A stretch of DNA of 64,000 nucleotides from an uncultured Nitrospinota bacterium. GTDB lineage: Bacteria; Tectomicrobia; Entotheonellia; J063; CAVPRW01. The position numbers were made by a program, and so were the translations under genes. The notes under the pieces are model-generated. The model saw nothing but the letters and a program-made list of their open reading frames with translations, searched no databases and had not been told where the DNA came from. Below are positions 10,394 to 22,427 of the stretch, piece by piece. The DNA lies in the NCBI GenBank assembly GCA_963707985.1, contig CAVPRW010000025.1:160156-224155 (forward strand), given 5' to 3'. Position 1 is the stretch's first letter. The number at the start of each line of letters is the position of its first letter.

Positions 10394-11344
10394 ATGGACG
10401 AAACTTCTCCTTCTGCTCTCCCCACTCAAGACCGATTCCTCGCGCTCTCCTTGACGGTGCTGTGGATATTCGGCTATGCAATCGGCGTCACACTAGCGAA
10501 CTCCGATCAGACGGGCGTGATTACCATACAGATCGAGTCCTCTCGCTCTCAACCTTCTGTGGGGACAGGGCTTTCATTTACGGGTGAAATTAAAAATCTC
10601 TCTCGTTCAACGGTCTACTTTTTGCGAACGTCCGTTGTACTGATATTACCTCCCGAACTTCAGGGCCCATTCACAAAGAGCGCGACTACATGGTATGGTA
10701 TCTTTCCCACAGGAGATGATCCCTGGATTATTGCACTAAAAGAAGGAGATGCATATAGAATAAGTTGGGCTTGGTCTGAGGCGCCTGGGAGTTCATCTAT
10801 TCCAGAAAATGTCGATGCATCTCCATTCCCCAAAAGTATATTCTATCAGATCAAGTCAGAATTACGCTTCCTCCTCTTTACACCGGGTGACTATAAGGTT
10901 ACCGTTATAGCAAAATATTGGCCAGATCTAGAATCGCTACAAAAATCGGAAGATAATTATCGCATCTCGACTCAAAGCGTTGTGGTACATGTCTCTGCTC
11001 CCCAGACCGTTATTCTTGTTGGTGCTGCACTTGGAGGATTGGTTGGCTACTTGATTTTCCCACAAACAAGACGGAGCAATGCTCTTATTAAAATTATCAT
11101 GTGGGTCCCAGGTCTGATCATCTCGATGTTACTCAGTGCGATTGTCGCGATTCTGCTTTCTCGAATTTCCGAGACCCAATTTCTCATTCGTGTCACGATT
11201 GCTGATTTCTGGGGAGCGGTAGCCATTGGCTTCATAACGCTCTATTTTGGCTCAAAAGCTTTAGAACAAATATTGGGGAAGAATTCTCCTCCTCCGAAAG
11301 AGACAGGCCCTTCAGACCAAACACCTTCACCCAGCATCCAATGA
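10394..11344 (+). CDS. Hypothetical membrane protein (N-terminal anchor, beta-rich domain, 3 C-terminal TM helices)
   Basis: 316-aa ORF, visibly more AT-rich than its flanks. Confidence 0.65.
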   Translation: MDETSPSALPTQDRFLALSLTVLWIFGYAIGVTLANSDQTGVITIQIESSRSQPSVGTGLSFTGEIKNLSRSTVYFLRTSVVLILPPELQGPFTKSATTWYGIFPTGDDPWIIALKEGDAYRISWAWSEAPGSSSIPENVDASPFPKSIFYQIKSELRFLLFTPGDYKVTVIAKYWPDLESLQKSEDNYRISTQSVVVHVSAPQTVILVGAALGGLVGYLIFPQTRRSNALIKIIMWVPGLIISMLLSAIVAILLSRISETQFLIRVTIADFWGAVAIGFITLYFGSKALEQILGKNSPPPKETGPSDQTPSPSIQ

Positions 11345-11988
11345 TCTAGTACCAATTCGTATGTCATCCACGGACGTGATATAAGACTGTCACTGGACGC
11401 ACACAACAAGAGAGGGAACCCCACTCCCCCTCCTGTTTGCACACAATTGCTACGGCGGCGTTGCCATGCGTCACCCGTGCCTCTATCCTGAGGGTTCCTC
11501 CCGACCATGTTCTTGACGATCCCGCACCCGTTTCCATGCTCTTGCCTTCTGCCGCGCATGCATCATCATGGAGATATGAATCGATTTATCTCGTGGAAAT
11601 CACTGATAGTTATTGTGGGAGTAGCGGCGGTTGGTGGAGCCGCATTCCTGGGCGTGAGGCACACGCACGACGTGCGGGGGGATACTGACGGACAGGCGGA
11701 GCTGACGGAGGTATACACCCAGACGGAACCAGGATGTTCATTCCGGGGGAACACTTCCGACACTCGGCAAACTTGGCCAGGCCCTCAGTTTTGATGGAAC
11801 TGATGATTATGTGAATATCGCGTTTGCATAGGTGCCCACTTAACTGACTTTTCCGTTTCTTCTGCGAGATGGCCACAGGGGCGGCAGAGCCGCTCGGATC
11901 TCATGAAAGTGCTTGAAACGACATAAAAAATGGTCATGGTCTCCTCCAAGCGACCACACGGTGCAGCAATGAAACGGAGGAGACTACC

Positions 11989-13200
11989 ATGACTCACGAC
12001 AGAGCGTACCACAGGAGACTCCAGCACGCCAGGCAACAGCGGCAGCACCACGCCAAACAGCGGCGCCTCCTGCAGGCGCGCGAGTGACTTCAACGCGAGC
12101 AGGCGCGTGCACAGCGCTACCTGCAGGCCTTGGAACAGGCACTGGTGGATTGGGGGCTGCCGGAGACGCTGGCGCCTGAAGTCGAGTGGCGGCTGCAGCG
12201 GGTGGGGAAGCTGCTGGGCAGAATCTTCGGGGTCATGTTCCCGACGCTGTTTGGGTGCCACACCACCTACGAATTGACCCGAGTACACCTCTGGGACAAG
12301 AACCTGCCCAGCCAAATCCTGGGAGCCCTGCCCAAGCAGAAGTGGGTGCGCCAGTTGCAGCACCGGGGGCAGGACCTGCTGGCGATCCTGTGGCACCATG
12401 TCGAGGGCAAAAGCCCTGCGACGCACAGTCGCTGGCAGTGGACCTGGGTGGGCGATGATAGCGTCTTCAAGAAATCTGGCCAGCAGCTGGGGCTGGTCGG
12501 GCCCTGGTATAGTGGTCAGGAACATCGGGTCCGGCTCGGGATTGACGGGCTGCTGTTGGTGGTGGTGGTCGGCGAGGGCACGCTGGTCATTCCGGTCGAC
12601 TTCACGGTGCGTCGTCCCGACCCGATGGGGCCTGGTGGGCCCTGCCGCGACAAGCTGAGGTGGTTGCAAGTCATGCTGGACCGGACCTGGACCGCGCGGC
12701 GGCGCTGCAGCTGCCCGCCCCCCTGGTAGTCACCGACAGCTGGTGGGCGAAGTTTGCGAGGGCGCTACCGGCACCATGCTGGTAGTAGGCCAGGCACGGA
12801 CGCTGCGAGTTCTGGCCCTGGGGGACAGCCGGTGCGCTATGTGCGGCTACCGCACCAGTATGGGCTGCTCTGTCCGAGCGACACCCGTGCACGGCGTCAC
12901 GGCCCCCGCTTGATCCGGGCGTGGAAGCGGCGGAGCTGGATTGCACACCACTTCCGCCTGCTGAAGCACCTGTTGGCCACGGAGGCCTGCCAGGTCCACG
13001 GGGAAGCTCCCTACTATGGCCACCTGGTCTTGCGGCTGTTGGCTGGCATGGTCTTGCTCTATACGGCCCGCATGCTTCTCAAGGGACGGGTCACCATGGA
13101 AGAAATTGTCTTCAGCCTGAAGCATCACTGACGCTTTCTCAACTCAAGAACTCTGGAATTACACGCACTTTCATGGGAGATCAGCCTGGAAGCCGTATGA
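11989..13200 (+). pseudogene. DDE transposase remnant (IS4/IS701-like)
   Basis: WVGDDSVFKK, LVIPVDF, RSWIAHHFRLLKHLL; internal TGA, frameshifts and an apparent internal deletion. Confidence 0.75.
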
Positions 13201-13623
13201 ATACTAACGGCGATTATATACCGGAAAAGTCAGACCGGTATCCTATGGCGGGCGCCTAGGGCAACGTCTTCCACGCTCAAGTTAGCCGGGGACGTCCATA
13301 CCACCGCCCAGGCAGGGCCTTCAGGCGTGACCGAGGTCAGGCCAGACAATTATGTTCGAGTAGGACAAGTGGCCGCATTTCGGGCGAGGGATGGAGAAGC
13401 TCTCTTCTCCATCCCTCATGCGTATCAGGTTGAGGACGAGAAGCTCTGGACCACAGCTCCAACACCAGTGAAGGTGCTTCAGCGCCCAGGGCAGGCATTT
13501 TATGCCAACCTCGATGTCGAGATTGTGCGCCAAGAGATGCAAAAGTTGTTTGGACAAGCCTGATCAGACGTAGAAGCCTTAAGAAAATCTGATGTCATCC
13601 ACCTTTCCTAGCCGAACACTAAA

Positions 13624-14007
13624 TTACGGTCGTAAATCGTTAACGATACGGTCTCGATGTTCGTGCCAGTCCGTATCTTGTTGCCGCTGACGCTGCTCAT
13701 CGGCCTCAGCCTTGAGACGTGTGGCCTCACGTCGTTGTTGATACAGCGTGTTCGCTCTCGTCAAATAATCCTTAAAATAATCGATGAGTTGCTGGCCTTC
13801 GTTGTCGTAGTGGATAAAGGCTCGACTCCCCTCAAACGAAAAATTTCGAGGTTCTTTACCTGGAAAAAACGGTATGTTCGAGATTCCCCAAAAGGCACGA
13901 ATCCATTCATTCGTTACATGCTGGTTGAGGATTAGTATTAAGCGCCCATCTCGATCATAATCAATCTTTTGAAGCAGTACGGATTCTCTAGCAATCTGTT
14001 CGTCCAT
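13624..14007 (-). CDS. Hypothetical protein, AT-rich
   Basis: GGAGG RBS; 127 aa with a coiled-coil C-terminus. Confidence 0.55.
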   Translation of the reverse strand: MDEQIARESVLLQKIDYDRDGRLILILNQHVTNEWIRAFWGISNIPFFPGKEPRNFSFEGSRAFIHYDNEGQQLIDYFKDYLTRANTLYQQRREATRLKAEADEQRQRQQDTDWHEHRDRIVNDLRP

Positions 14008-14210
14008 GTACGTATGGCCTCCATAATCATTTCAAGAAAAAGGATTGTACGTTCTGAACTCCTGCACGATTGCTGCTCTCACGGCATCTTGTGCAGATGA
14101 ATAGGTGGAATATGTAGGACGGCGAAGAGAAATCGTTGCAAGCCGTTGCAACCCATCTACCACCTGCAGTTTTCCATCTAGCCCATGCTTAGCCACTCAC
14201 CTTCCACCCC

Positions 14211-14387
14211 TTACCGTTGGAGGAAAGCAATTTTGTGACCTGCTTCCTCTAGTTCTCTTCGCGCCACCTGACGGAGCCGCTCTCGAATCCAGACCGACAG
14301 TGCCACACCAGCCAAGTCAGCAGCATCCTGAAATGCCTGCTTCTCTTCCGGGCCTATACGGAGCTTAAGAGATTCAGATTTTATCAT
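14211..14387 (-). CDS. Ribbon-helix-helix / DUF1778-like small DNA-binding protein
   Basis: KSESLKLRIGPEEKQAFQDAADLAGVALSVWIRERL; GGAGG RBS. Confidence 0.6.
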   Translation of the reverse strand: MIKSESLKLRIGPEEKQAFQDAADLAGVALSVWIRERLRQVARRELEEAGHKIAFLQR

Positions 14388-14494
14388 GTCACCGCCCTCC
14401 TTGCCTAAATTGTACCCACAACGTGACCACATGTCAAAAAAATCTCTTCAGTCGTGGGTACAATAGACGGGCAGGCCTAAGCATAGAGTCCCGG

Positions 14495-14626
14495 TCGTTT
14501 GCCCATTATAACGTTGTGTCTATTCATACCAGCCTGCGTGTGAGTCCACCGATGGCGGCAGGAGGCACTGATCATTTGTGGACTCTGGAACAATTGGTGG
14601 AGCAGACTTCAAATTAGGAAGCCACC
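14495..14626 (+). mobile_element. 3' end remnant of an IS1-family-like element
   Basis: FAHYN..IHTSLRVSPPMAAG.TDHLWTLEQLV, a transposase C-terminus, followed by the IR-like TTCAAATTAGGAAGCCACC. Confidence 0.55.
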
Positions 14627-14933
14627 CCTCGACCGGCCCAGGTTGACAACCTACTTCACGCCATCTTCAAGCGTCCCTGTGTCACATTTGCCAAGATCTC
14701 ACCTCAGTCCTGATTCGGCCGCAGCCCAGGCATGCCGTAGAGTAAGGCACGTAATGTCCACCCGACCCCAAGTGAATGGGGGTGTAGGCGTACGAGTCAG
14801 CGGTTCGGTTGCCACATCTGTAGGGGACGCTGGAGTTCAATCACACCCTGCACACTGAGATGTGCCCCATCCCGTTGCCGCTGAAAACCGCTCAAGGGGG
14901 TGGATCGATTCTACAAACAAGAGGAGAGAGAGC

Positions 14934-15323
14934 ATGAAGACCGTGCTCATGATCGTGGTGTTGGGGTTGATGTTGGCAGCTACGTCCGGAGATGCCGGGG
15001 CCCCAGTGGCCGGGGTGGTGACCCTGGGGACCACCGTGGAGATCACGCAGGCGGTCGCCGTGGGCAATCGGGCGTCCAAGATTGTCGGCGCCCCCGTCTA
15101 CAACGATCAGGCCGAGAAAATCGGCAGCATCGATGATCTGATCGTCGCGCCGGACCGTTCAGTGTCATTCGCCATCATGTCGATCGGAGGCTTCCTCGGC
15201 CTGGGCAGTCGGCTGGTGGCGATTCCGATCGAGCAGCTGCGCGAGGAGCAGGGTCGCTTCATCCTACCTGGCGCGACGAAAGAGGCGCTCGCGAAGCTTT
15301 CCGAGTTCCAATATGCCAGCTAA
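14934..15323 (+). CDS. PRC-barrel domain protein with signal peptide
   Basis: RASKIVGAPVYNDQAEKIGSIDDLIV...IGGFLGLG. Confidence 0.85.
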   Translation: MKTVLMIVVLGLMLAATSGDAGAPVAGVVTLGTTVEITQAVAVGNRASKIVGAPVYNDQAEKIGSIDDLIVAPDRSVSFAIMSIGGFLGLGSRLVAIPIEQLREEQGRFILPGATKEALAKLSEFQYAS

Positions 15324-15350
15324 TGCACGCATCCGAGAGGAGGATCACTC

Positions 15351-16547
15351 ATGGCGAGGATCGTAGGGATCGATTTAGGGACCACAAACTCGGTGGTGGC
15401 GGTGGTCCAGGGCGGCAGTCCGGTTGTCATCCCCACGGCCGAAGGTGGCAATCTCTGCCCGTCGATAGTGGGGTTTGCCAAAGGCGGGGAGATCCTGGTC
15501 GGCCAGATCGCGACGCGGCAGCCCATCATCAACCCCGAGAACACCGTCTACTCTATCAAGCGCTTCATGGGCCGCCGCTATGACGAAGTGGAAGCCGAGC
15601 GTCAGATGGTGCCATACCAAGTGGTGCCCGGCCCTGGAGGCGATGCTCGTGTGACGATTCCGCAAACAGGCAAGACCTATACACCGCAGGAAATCTCGGC
15701 GCTCATCCTGCAAAAGCTCAAGCGCGATGCAGAAGCCTCTCTAGGCGAGCCTGTGACCCAGGCGGTGATCACCGTTCCCGCCTATTTCAACGACAGCCAG
15801 CGGCAAGCCACCAAGGATGCCGGCCAGATCGCTGGTCTCGACGTGGCGCGCATCATCAACGAGCCTACGGCGGCGGCCTTGGCGTACGGACTGGATAAGA
15901 AAACCAACGAGACGATTCTGGTCTGGGACCTTGGCGGTGGCACCTTCGACGTCTCCATTCTTGAGGTCGGCGAGGGCGTCGTCGAGGTACGGGCGACGAA
16001 CGGCGATACCCACCTAGGGAGTGATAATTGGGACCAACGGGTCGTGCAGTGGATCACCGAGGAGTTCAAGAAGGATCAGGGGATCGATTTGAGCCGGGAT
16101 CGCTCGGCTTTGCAGCGGCTCAGAGAAGCAGCGGAAAAGGCCAAGATCGAGCTTTCCAACGTCATGGAGACGGAGAACCTGCCCTTTATCACGGCGGATG
16201 CGAGCGGTCCCAAGCACTTGCAACTCAAGCTCACACGCGCACGGGTCGACCAACTCACGGAAGATCTCCTGCAGCGTTGCGTCAGCCCTTTTGAGAAGGC
16301 CCTGGCGGATGCCAAGCTGAAGCCCCAAGACCTGCATGAAGTCATCCTGGTCGGCGGCGCCACACGCATGCCGATGGTGCAAGAGTTGGTGCACCGGCTC
16401 ACCGGCGGCAAAGAGCCACACAAGGGCGTCAACCCGGACGAGGTGGTGGCGGTTGGAGCGGCGATCCAGGGGGCGGTGCTGGGTGGCCAGATGAAGGATG
16501 TGCTGCTGCTTGACGTGACCCCGCTGAGTCTAGGCGTAGAAACCATT
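15351..16547 (+). pseudogene. dnaK: DnaK, truncated after the ATPase domain and linker
   Basis: [47 protein letters not shown]; substrate-binding domain absent. Confidence 0.9.
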
Positions 16548-16990
16548 GAGGGTGCATATGGGCACTACGCCACAGCTGACGACTTGCAAGACCTGTTTGG
16601 CGATGAGAGTCCATTCTCTGACTTCTTTACCACGATTTTTGGGCAGGCACGGGGTGCCGAGCGTGCCCCGCGCCCTCGGCGCGGGCGTGATCGGGAGGTT
16701 GAGGTCGAGGTCACGCTGGAGGAAGCCTACCGCGGCACAACGCGATCGATCCAGATCGGTGATCGGCGCATCGAGGCCAAGATTCCGTCTGGTGTCTATA
16801 CCGGTGCCCGGGTGCGCCTGGCGGGTCAGGGTGAGCAAGGACGTCAAGGGGGCCGGATGGTGATCTGTATCTCGTCATTCGCGTGGCGCCCCATGCGACA
16901 TTCGAGCGCGACGGCGACGATCTGTTCACTGAGGTGCCAGTGGACATCTACACAGCGACACTGGGTGGTGAGGTGCGTGTGCCCACGCTG
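16548..16990 (+). pseudogene. DnaJ/CbpA internal and C-terminal fragment
   Basis: [35 protein letters not shown]...[10 protein letters not shown]; no J domain; frameshift. Confidence 0.85.
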
Positions 16991-19261
<2,271 letters not shown>

Positions 19262-19307
19262 ATCGAACCATACGACATTGGGACACCTGCATGTGCCGTC
19301 GCTGGCA

Positions 19308-19360
19308 AAATCCCCCCTCGCCCCATTTGCAAAGGGTGGAGCGCAAGGCGCGGGGGATTT
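19308..19360. repeat. REP-like intergenic palindrome
   Basis: AAATCCCCC...GGGGGATTT with an internal hairpin. Confidence 0.55.
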
Positions 19361-19451
19361 GTCACAGCAGATCACGTGTATGAATCTCGGGGGTCTTATT
19401 TAGGATGCATGGCAAATGTGTCGGTGGAAATCCTCGAAAGGATGGCGAGCT

Positions 19452-20003
19452 ATGGCTGTAATCGTGTATACGACGCCGACCTGACCGTACTGCCAAATGG
19501 TGAAGGAGTTCCTTTCGCAAAAAGGTGTGCCGTTTACCGAAAAAGATGTCAGTCGGGATCCGAGGGCAGCCTCGGAACTTCAGCAACTGGGGCAGCGCGG
19601 TGTGCCTGTAATTCTGGTGGATGGGCAGATGGTGGTCGGATTTGACCGCCCTCAGCTTGAGCATCTGTTGGCGCAGGCTAACGCCACGACGGGTGGGGAA
19701 CGTCCCAGGCTGGGCGCCAGCATTGCTGATGCGGCGCAGCATGCGCCACCCGGTAGTCCACCCGGCGCTTACGTTGGACGGGTACGACCTGGATCACCCG
19801 CCACTCGGGCGGGAATGCAGCCTGGCGACATCATCGTCGCGATCGCCGGCCAGCCGACAGGTGGCGCCGCAGATGTCGAACAGATCTTAAGTCGTCTGCG
19901 ACCGCAGCAGCCGGTGCCCGTGCGTATCTACCGAAACGGACGAACCTCAGAGCTCAGGCTCGACATGCAACCAACAAGGGATAAGGAGAAACCTCATGTA
20001 TGA
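19452..20003 (+). CDS. Glutaredoxin/NrdH-like selenoprotein (UPYC) fused to a PDZ domain
   Basis: MAVIVYTTPT-TGA(19482-19484)-PYCQMVKEFLSQKGV...GVPVI...VVGFD, then PDZ (GAYVGRVRPGSPA..AGMQPGDIIV); hairpin at 19500-19518. Confidence 0.8.
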
Positions 20004-20442
20004 ACCATTCATCCAGCGCGTGAGTCACGATGTGATGGTTGTTTTACAAAACGGCGGCGAGCGGGCTGCCGTCCGACGAGCGGTCCGGATGCAAGTCATC
20101 GCTGCGGTAGGCGAGGAAGCGGTCACGGCCGTCCGTGTGCAGCAGATCTCCTACGCTGCGATGCTCGGGTCGTTTCAGGCGGCTGAGGAATCGGGCCTGT
20201 CGATCGAGGTTGTCGGGGAAGAAGCCTCAACAGGGATACTGGAAGGCGTGAAGGAGAAAGGCGGCAAAGCCATATCATACTTGCAAGAGGCCATCCAGGG
20301 AGCGATGGCGGCGGTGGAGGAATCTGTAACCCAGCTGAAGGAGAAAGCCTCAGAGGTTGCCGAGAAAAGCCGCAAAGCGCTGCAGTCGCTAATTGAGCGC
20401 TTGAAAGGCGCGCCACAGGGGACCGCGGGAGAGGTTCGATGA
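19996..20442 (+). CDS. Hypothetical helical protein
   Basis: AAGGAG RBS; overlaps both neighbours. Confidence 0.55.
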   Translation: MYEPFIQRVSHDVMVVLQNGGERAAVRRAVRMQVIAAVGEEAVTAVRVQQISYAAMLGSFQAAEESGLSIEVVGEEASTGILEGVKEKGGKAISYLQEAIQGAMAAVEESVTQLKEKASEVAEKSRKALQSLIERLKGAPQGTAGEVR

Positions 20443-21020
20443 CCCGCAACCTTGCGACTGTTGAGCTAGGCTACGAGCCAATCTGGTGCAGGGTTGCCCC
20501 ATTCCTGCCCGGTTTGGCATCAAGGCCTAGCGCTCCTACATTGGCATCGGCCGGATTGTTCGATGCTCACATGTTCCAGCTCGCGAACGTCTTGCAGGTC
20601 GTGTTGATCCCCGACCGGCGTGCCCCGGTAGTCACGCACATGCTCTGGTACCAGGTCGGCTCGGCCGACGAGACGCCGGGTCAGTCCGGCTTGGCGAACT
20701 TCTTCGAGCACCTCATGTTCAGGGGCACGACTCATCACCCTGGAGACGCCTCCCCGCGGCTCATTGCCCGCGCTGGCGGGGACGTCAACGCCTTTACCTC
20801 CTATGACTATACCGCCTATTACGCCACCGTAGGGAGCAACAGCCTGGAGCTGGTGATGGCGTTGGAGGCCGATCGTATGTTGAACCTCACATTGTCTGAG
20901 GAGACAGTCCAGGTCGAGCGGGAGGTGATCGTCGAAGAACGGCGCCTGCGAACCGATAATCATCCGGAGGCGTTGCTGCACGAGCAAGTGATGGCCGCCC
21001 TGTTCCTGAACCATCGCTAG
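20439..21020 (+). pseudogene. M16B (pitrilysin-like) peptidase catalytic subunit, truncated
   Basis: WYQVGSADE..GLANFFEHLMF (HxxEH with H changed to N), NAFTSYDYT; TAG where the HPY motif is expected. Confidence 0.8.
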
Positions 21021-21027
21021 TGAGTGT

Positions 21028-22356
21028 ATGCGTCCATCGCCCACCTTCTCCGTATCACTTGGAGGCACGGCAGTGGAGGCCATGGGTGCGTTGCCATCCA
21101 CGCCGGCCGCCTCGTTTGCGATCCAACATGTCAAGAGCTCCCGAGGCGTCAGGGCGTGGCTGGTCGAAACACCGGATCTACCGATCATCGCCCTGCATTT
21201 CGCCTTCCGGGATGCCGGATCGGTAGCAGACCCGGTTGAGCGCCAGGGGCTTGCTGCCTTCGGGGCGCAGATGCTCACCGAGGGAGCTGGCGAGCTCGGA
21301 GCCAGCGCCTATCAGGAGCGAATGGCCGAATTGGGCGCGACATTAACCTTCGCCGCCAGCCGAAATATCCTCCTGGGACGTCTCGAGGCCGTGTGTGACG
21401 ATCGCGATCAGACGTTCAAGCTCCTTCGCCTGGCGCTGAGCAGGCCGCGCTTCGATGCGGAGGCCATCGCACGTGTGCGAAGGTCACGCCTGGCCGATCT
21501 GGCGCGCCGTGCCACTGACCCGACCTACGTGGCACGTCGCGCCTGGTGGCAGGGGGTCTTCCCGAACCACCCCTATGGGCGCGATCCAGAAGGCACCGAG
21601 GCGGATACCGTCGCGATCACTGCGGATGATCTGCGCCTGGCTTTCATGAGGGGCGTCAGCAAGGAGAACCTCATCGTCAGCACCGCTGGCGCCATCAGTA
21701 TGGAGGAATTAGGCGAGGCGCTCGACCGCGTGTTCGGAGATCTTCCCGACCAGGGCATGACACCGGCCGTGCCAGCTGCCGAGTTCGTGCCTGCAGACCC
21801 TCTGCTTGTCCGGCTACTGTTCCCACAGTCCTCCCGTGTGTTCGGACACATCGGGGTGCGGCCGACCTCTCCCGACTACATTCTCGCGATCGTGCTCAAC
21901 CATATCGTGGGCGGTGGGGCACTGACGTCACGGCTGTTCGTCGAGCTGCGAGAAAAACGCGGCCTGGTGTACTCGGTCCACACCCGGCTTGAGCCTCTGT
22001 CCGACGAAACTCTAATTGTCGGATCGTTCGCCACTGAAAACGACAAGGTGCCGACCGCCATGGAACTGGTCCGGCGCGAATGGCAGCGGCTTGCCAGTGG
22101 CGCTGTCACCGAGAACGACGTCGATGCCGCGAAGGCGTTTCTGAAAGGTGCTGTGCCACTCTCGCTCGATGGCACGTCGACCATGGCCGGGCGGCTGCTG
22201 GCGGTCCAACGTCTTGGCCTCGACACGGAGTATTTGAGCGAGTGGAACGCCAAGATCGATGCGGTAACTGTTGAAATGGTTCGGGCCCTGGCACGTCGCC
22301 TCATGGGGCCGGAGGCTCTGACCTTCGCAATTGCAGGGGACCCCACGGGTCTATAA
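21028..22356 (+). CDS. M16B peptidase non-catalytic subunit
   Basis: AWLVE...GLAAF..MLTEGAG, HPYG, SRLFVELREKRGLVYSV. Confidence 0.85.
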   Translation: MRPSPTFSVSLGGTAVEAMGALPSTPAASFAIQHVKSSRGVRAWLVETPDLPIIALHFAFRDAGSVADPVERQGLAAFGAQMLTEGAGELGASAYQERMAELGATLTFAASRNILLGRLEAVCDDRDQTFKLLRLALSRPRFDAEAIARVRRSRLADLARRATDPTYVARRAWWQGVFPNHPYGRDPEGTEADTVAITADDLRLAFMRGVSKENLIVSTAGAISMEELGEALDRVFGDLPDQGMTPAVPAAEFVPADPLLVRLLFPQSSRVFGHIGVRPTSPDYILAIVLNHIVGGGALTSRLFVELREKRGLVYSVHTRLEPLSDETLIVGSFATENDKVPTAMELVRREWQRLASGAVTENDVDAAKAFLKGAVPLSLDGTSTMAGRLLAVQRLGLDTEYLSEWNAKIDAVTVEMVRALARRLMGPEALTFAIAGDPTGL

Positions 22357-22427
22357 CCCATACCAGGGCCGCGGGACTATAGAGCTTCATGCCCGGGGCG
22401 AACCGAGGTACGTCATGGAGGGAGATG

